DNA from: Luminiphilus sp.
GTDB taxonomy: Bacteria > Pseudomonadota > Gammaproteobacteria > Pseudomonadales > Halieaceae
NCBI GenBank assembly: GCA_965657905.1
Contig: CBFHPT010000002.1
Coordinates: 218,470 to 282,469 of the forward strand
DNA: 64,000 nucleotides
Reading direction: 5' to 3'
A model generated the notes under the pieces. The model saw only the letters and a program-made list of their open reading frames with translations. It did no database searches and was not told where the DNA came from. The number at the start of each line of letters is the position of its first letter. Position 1 is the stretch's first letter. Shown piece after piece: positions 64,000 through 64,000 of this stretch. The position numbers were made by a program, and so were the translations under genes.

Positions 64000-64000
64000 G

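Overview
This 64-kb window is an origin-proximal chromosomal segment of a moderately GC-rich gammaproteobacterium, and it is almost entirely housekeeping. The left end has the classical block mnmG<mnmE<yidC<yidD<rnpA<rpmH on the minus strand, facing dnaA>dnaN>recF>gyrB on the plus strand. From memory, the rest parallels Pseudomonas-type synteny. It contains rmuC, glyQS, an LpxL-family acyltransferase, djlA, trkH-trkA-rsmB-fmt-def, a TsaP-like LysM gene, dprA, tsaC, hemF and aroE. Next comes an aa3-type cytochrome c oxidase cluster with assembly genes (coxB-coxA-ctaG-coxC, then DUF924, DUF2909, SURF1, a SCO-like gene, ctaB and SCO1). After that are polA, engB, cytochromes c5 and c4, dsbA, an Lrp-family regulator with leuA, a GGDEF cyclase with a lipoprotein, ilvD, argA, argE, pit, an orphan GspE/PilB-family ATPase and glnE. 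Every long ORF that is not a frame shadow of a real gene can be assigned to a known family. I saw no rRNA, no convincing tRNA, no CRISPR array, no transposase, integrase or phage genes, no toxin-antitoxin pair and no recognisable defence genes. I therefore cannot support a novel multi-gene system in this window. The only clearly accessory-looking insert is a LysR regulator, a frameshifted DUF4345 gene and a sulfatase at 12.5-15.8 kb. The observations most worth a second look are: (1) two competing oriC candidates; (2) a G8 homopolymer that splits the DUF4345 gene; (3) a sulfatase whose active-site motif is C-S-I-T-R instead of C-x-P-x-R; (4) a 5 x 13-bp tandem array that interrupts the cox cluster; (5) a 20-bp tandem array derived from the ilvD 3' end; (6) a second SCO-like CxxxC protein, with no heme A synthase gene in the cox cluster; (7) an orphan secretion-type ATPase preceded by a 13-bp-stem palindrome; (8) a 550-bp non-coding stretch upstream of coxB. 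All coordinates and motifs were read by hand from the sequence. No database search, RNA folding or GC statistics were run.
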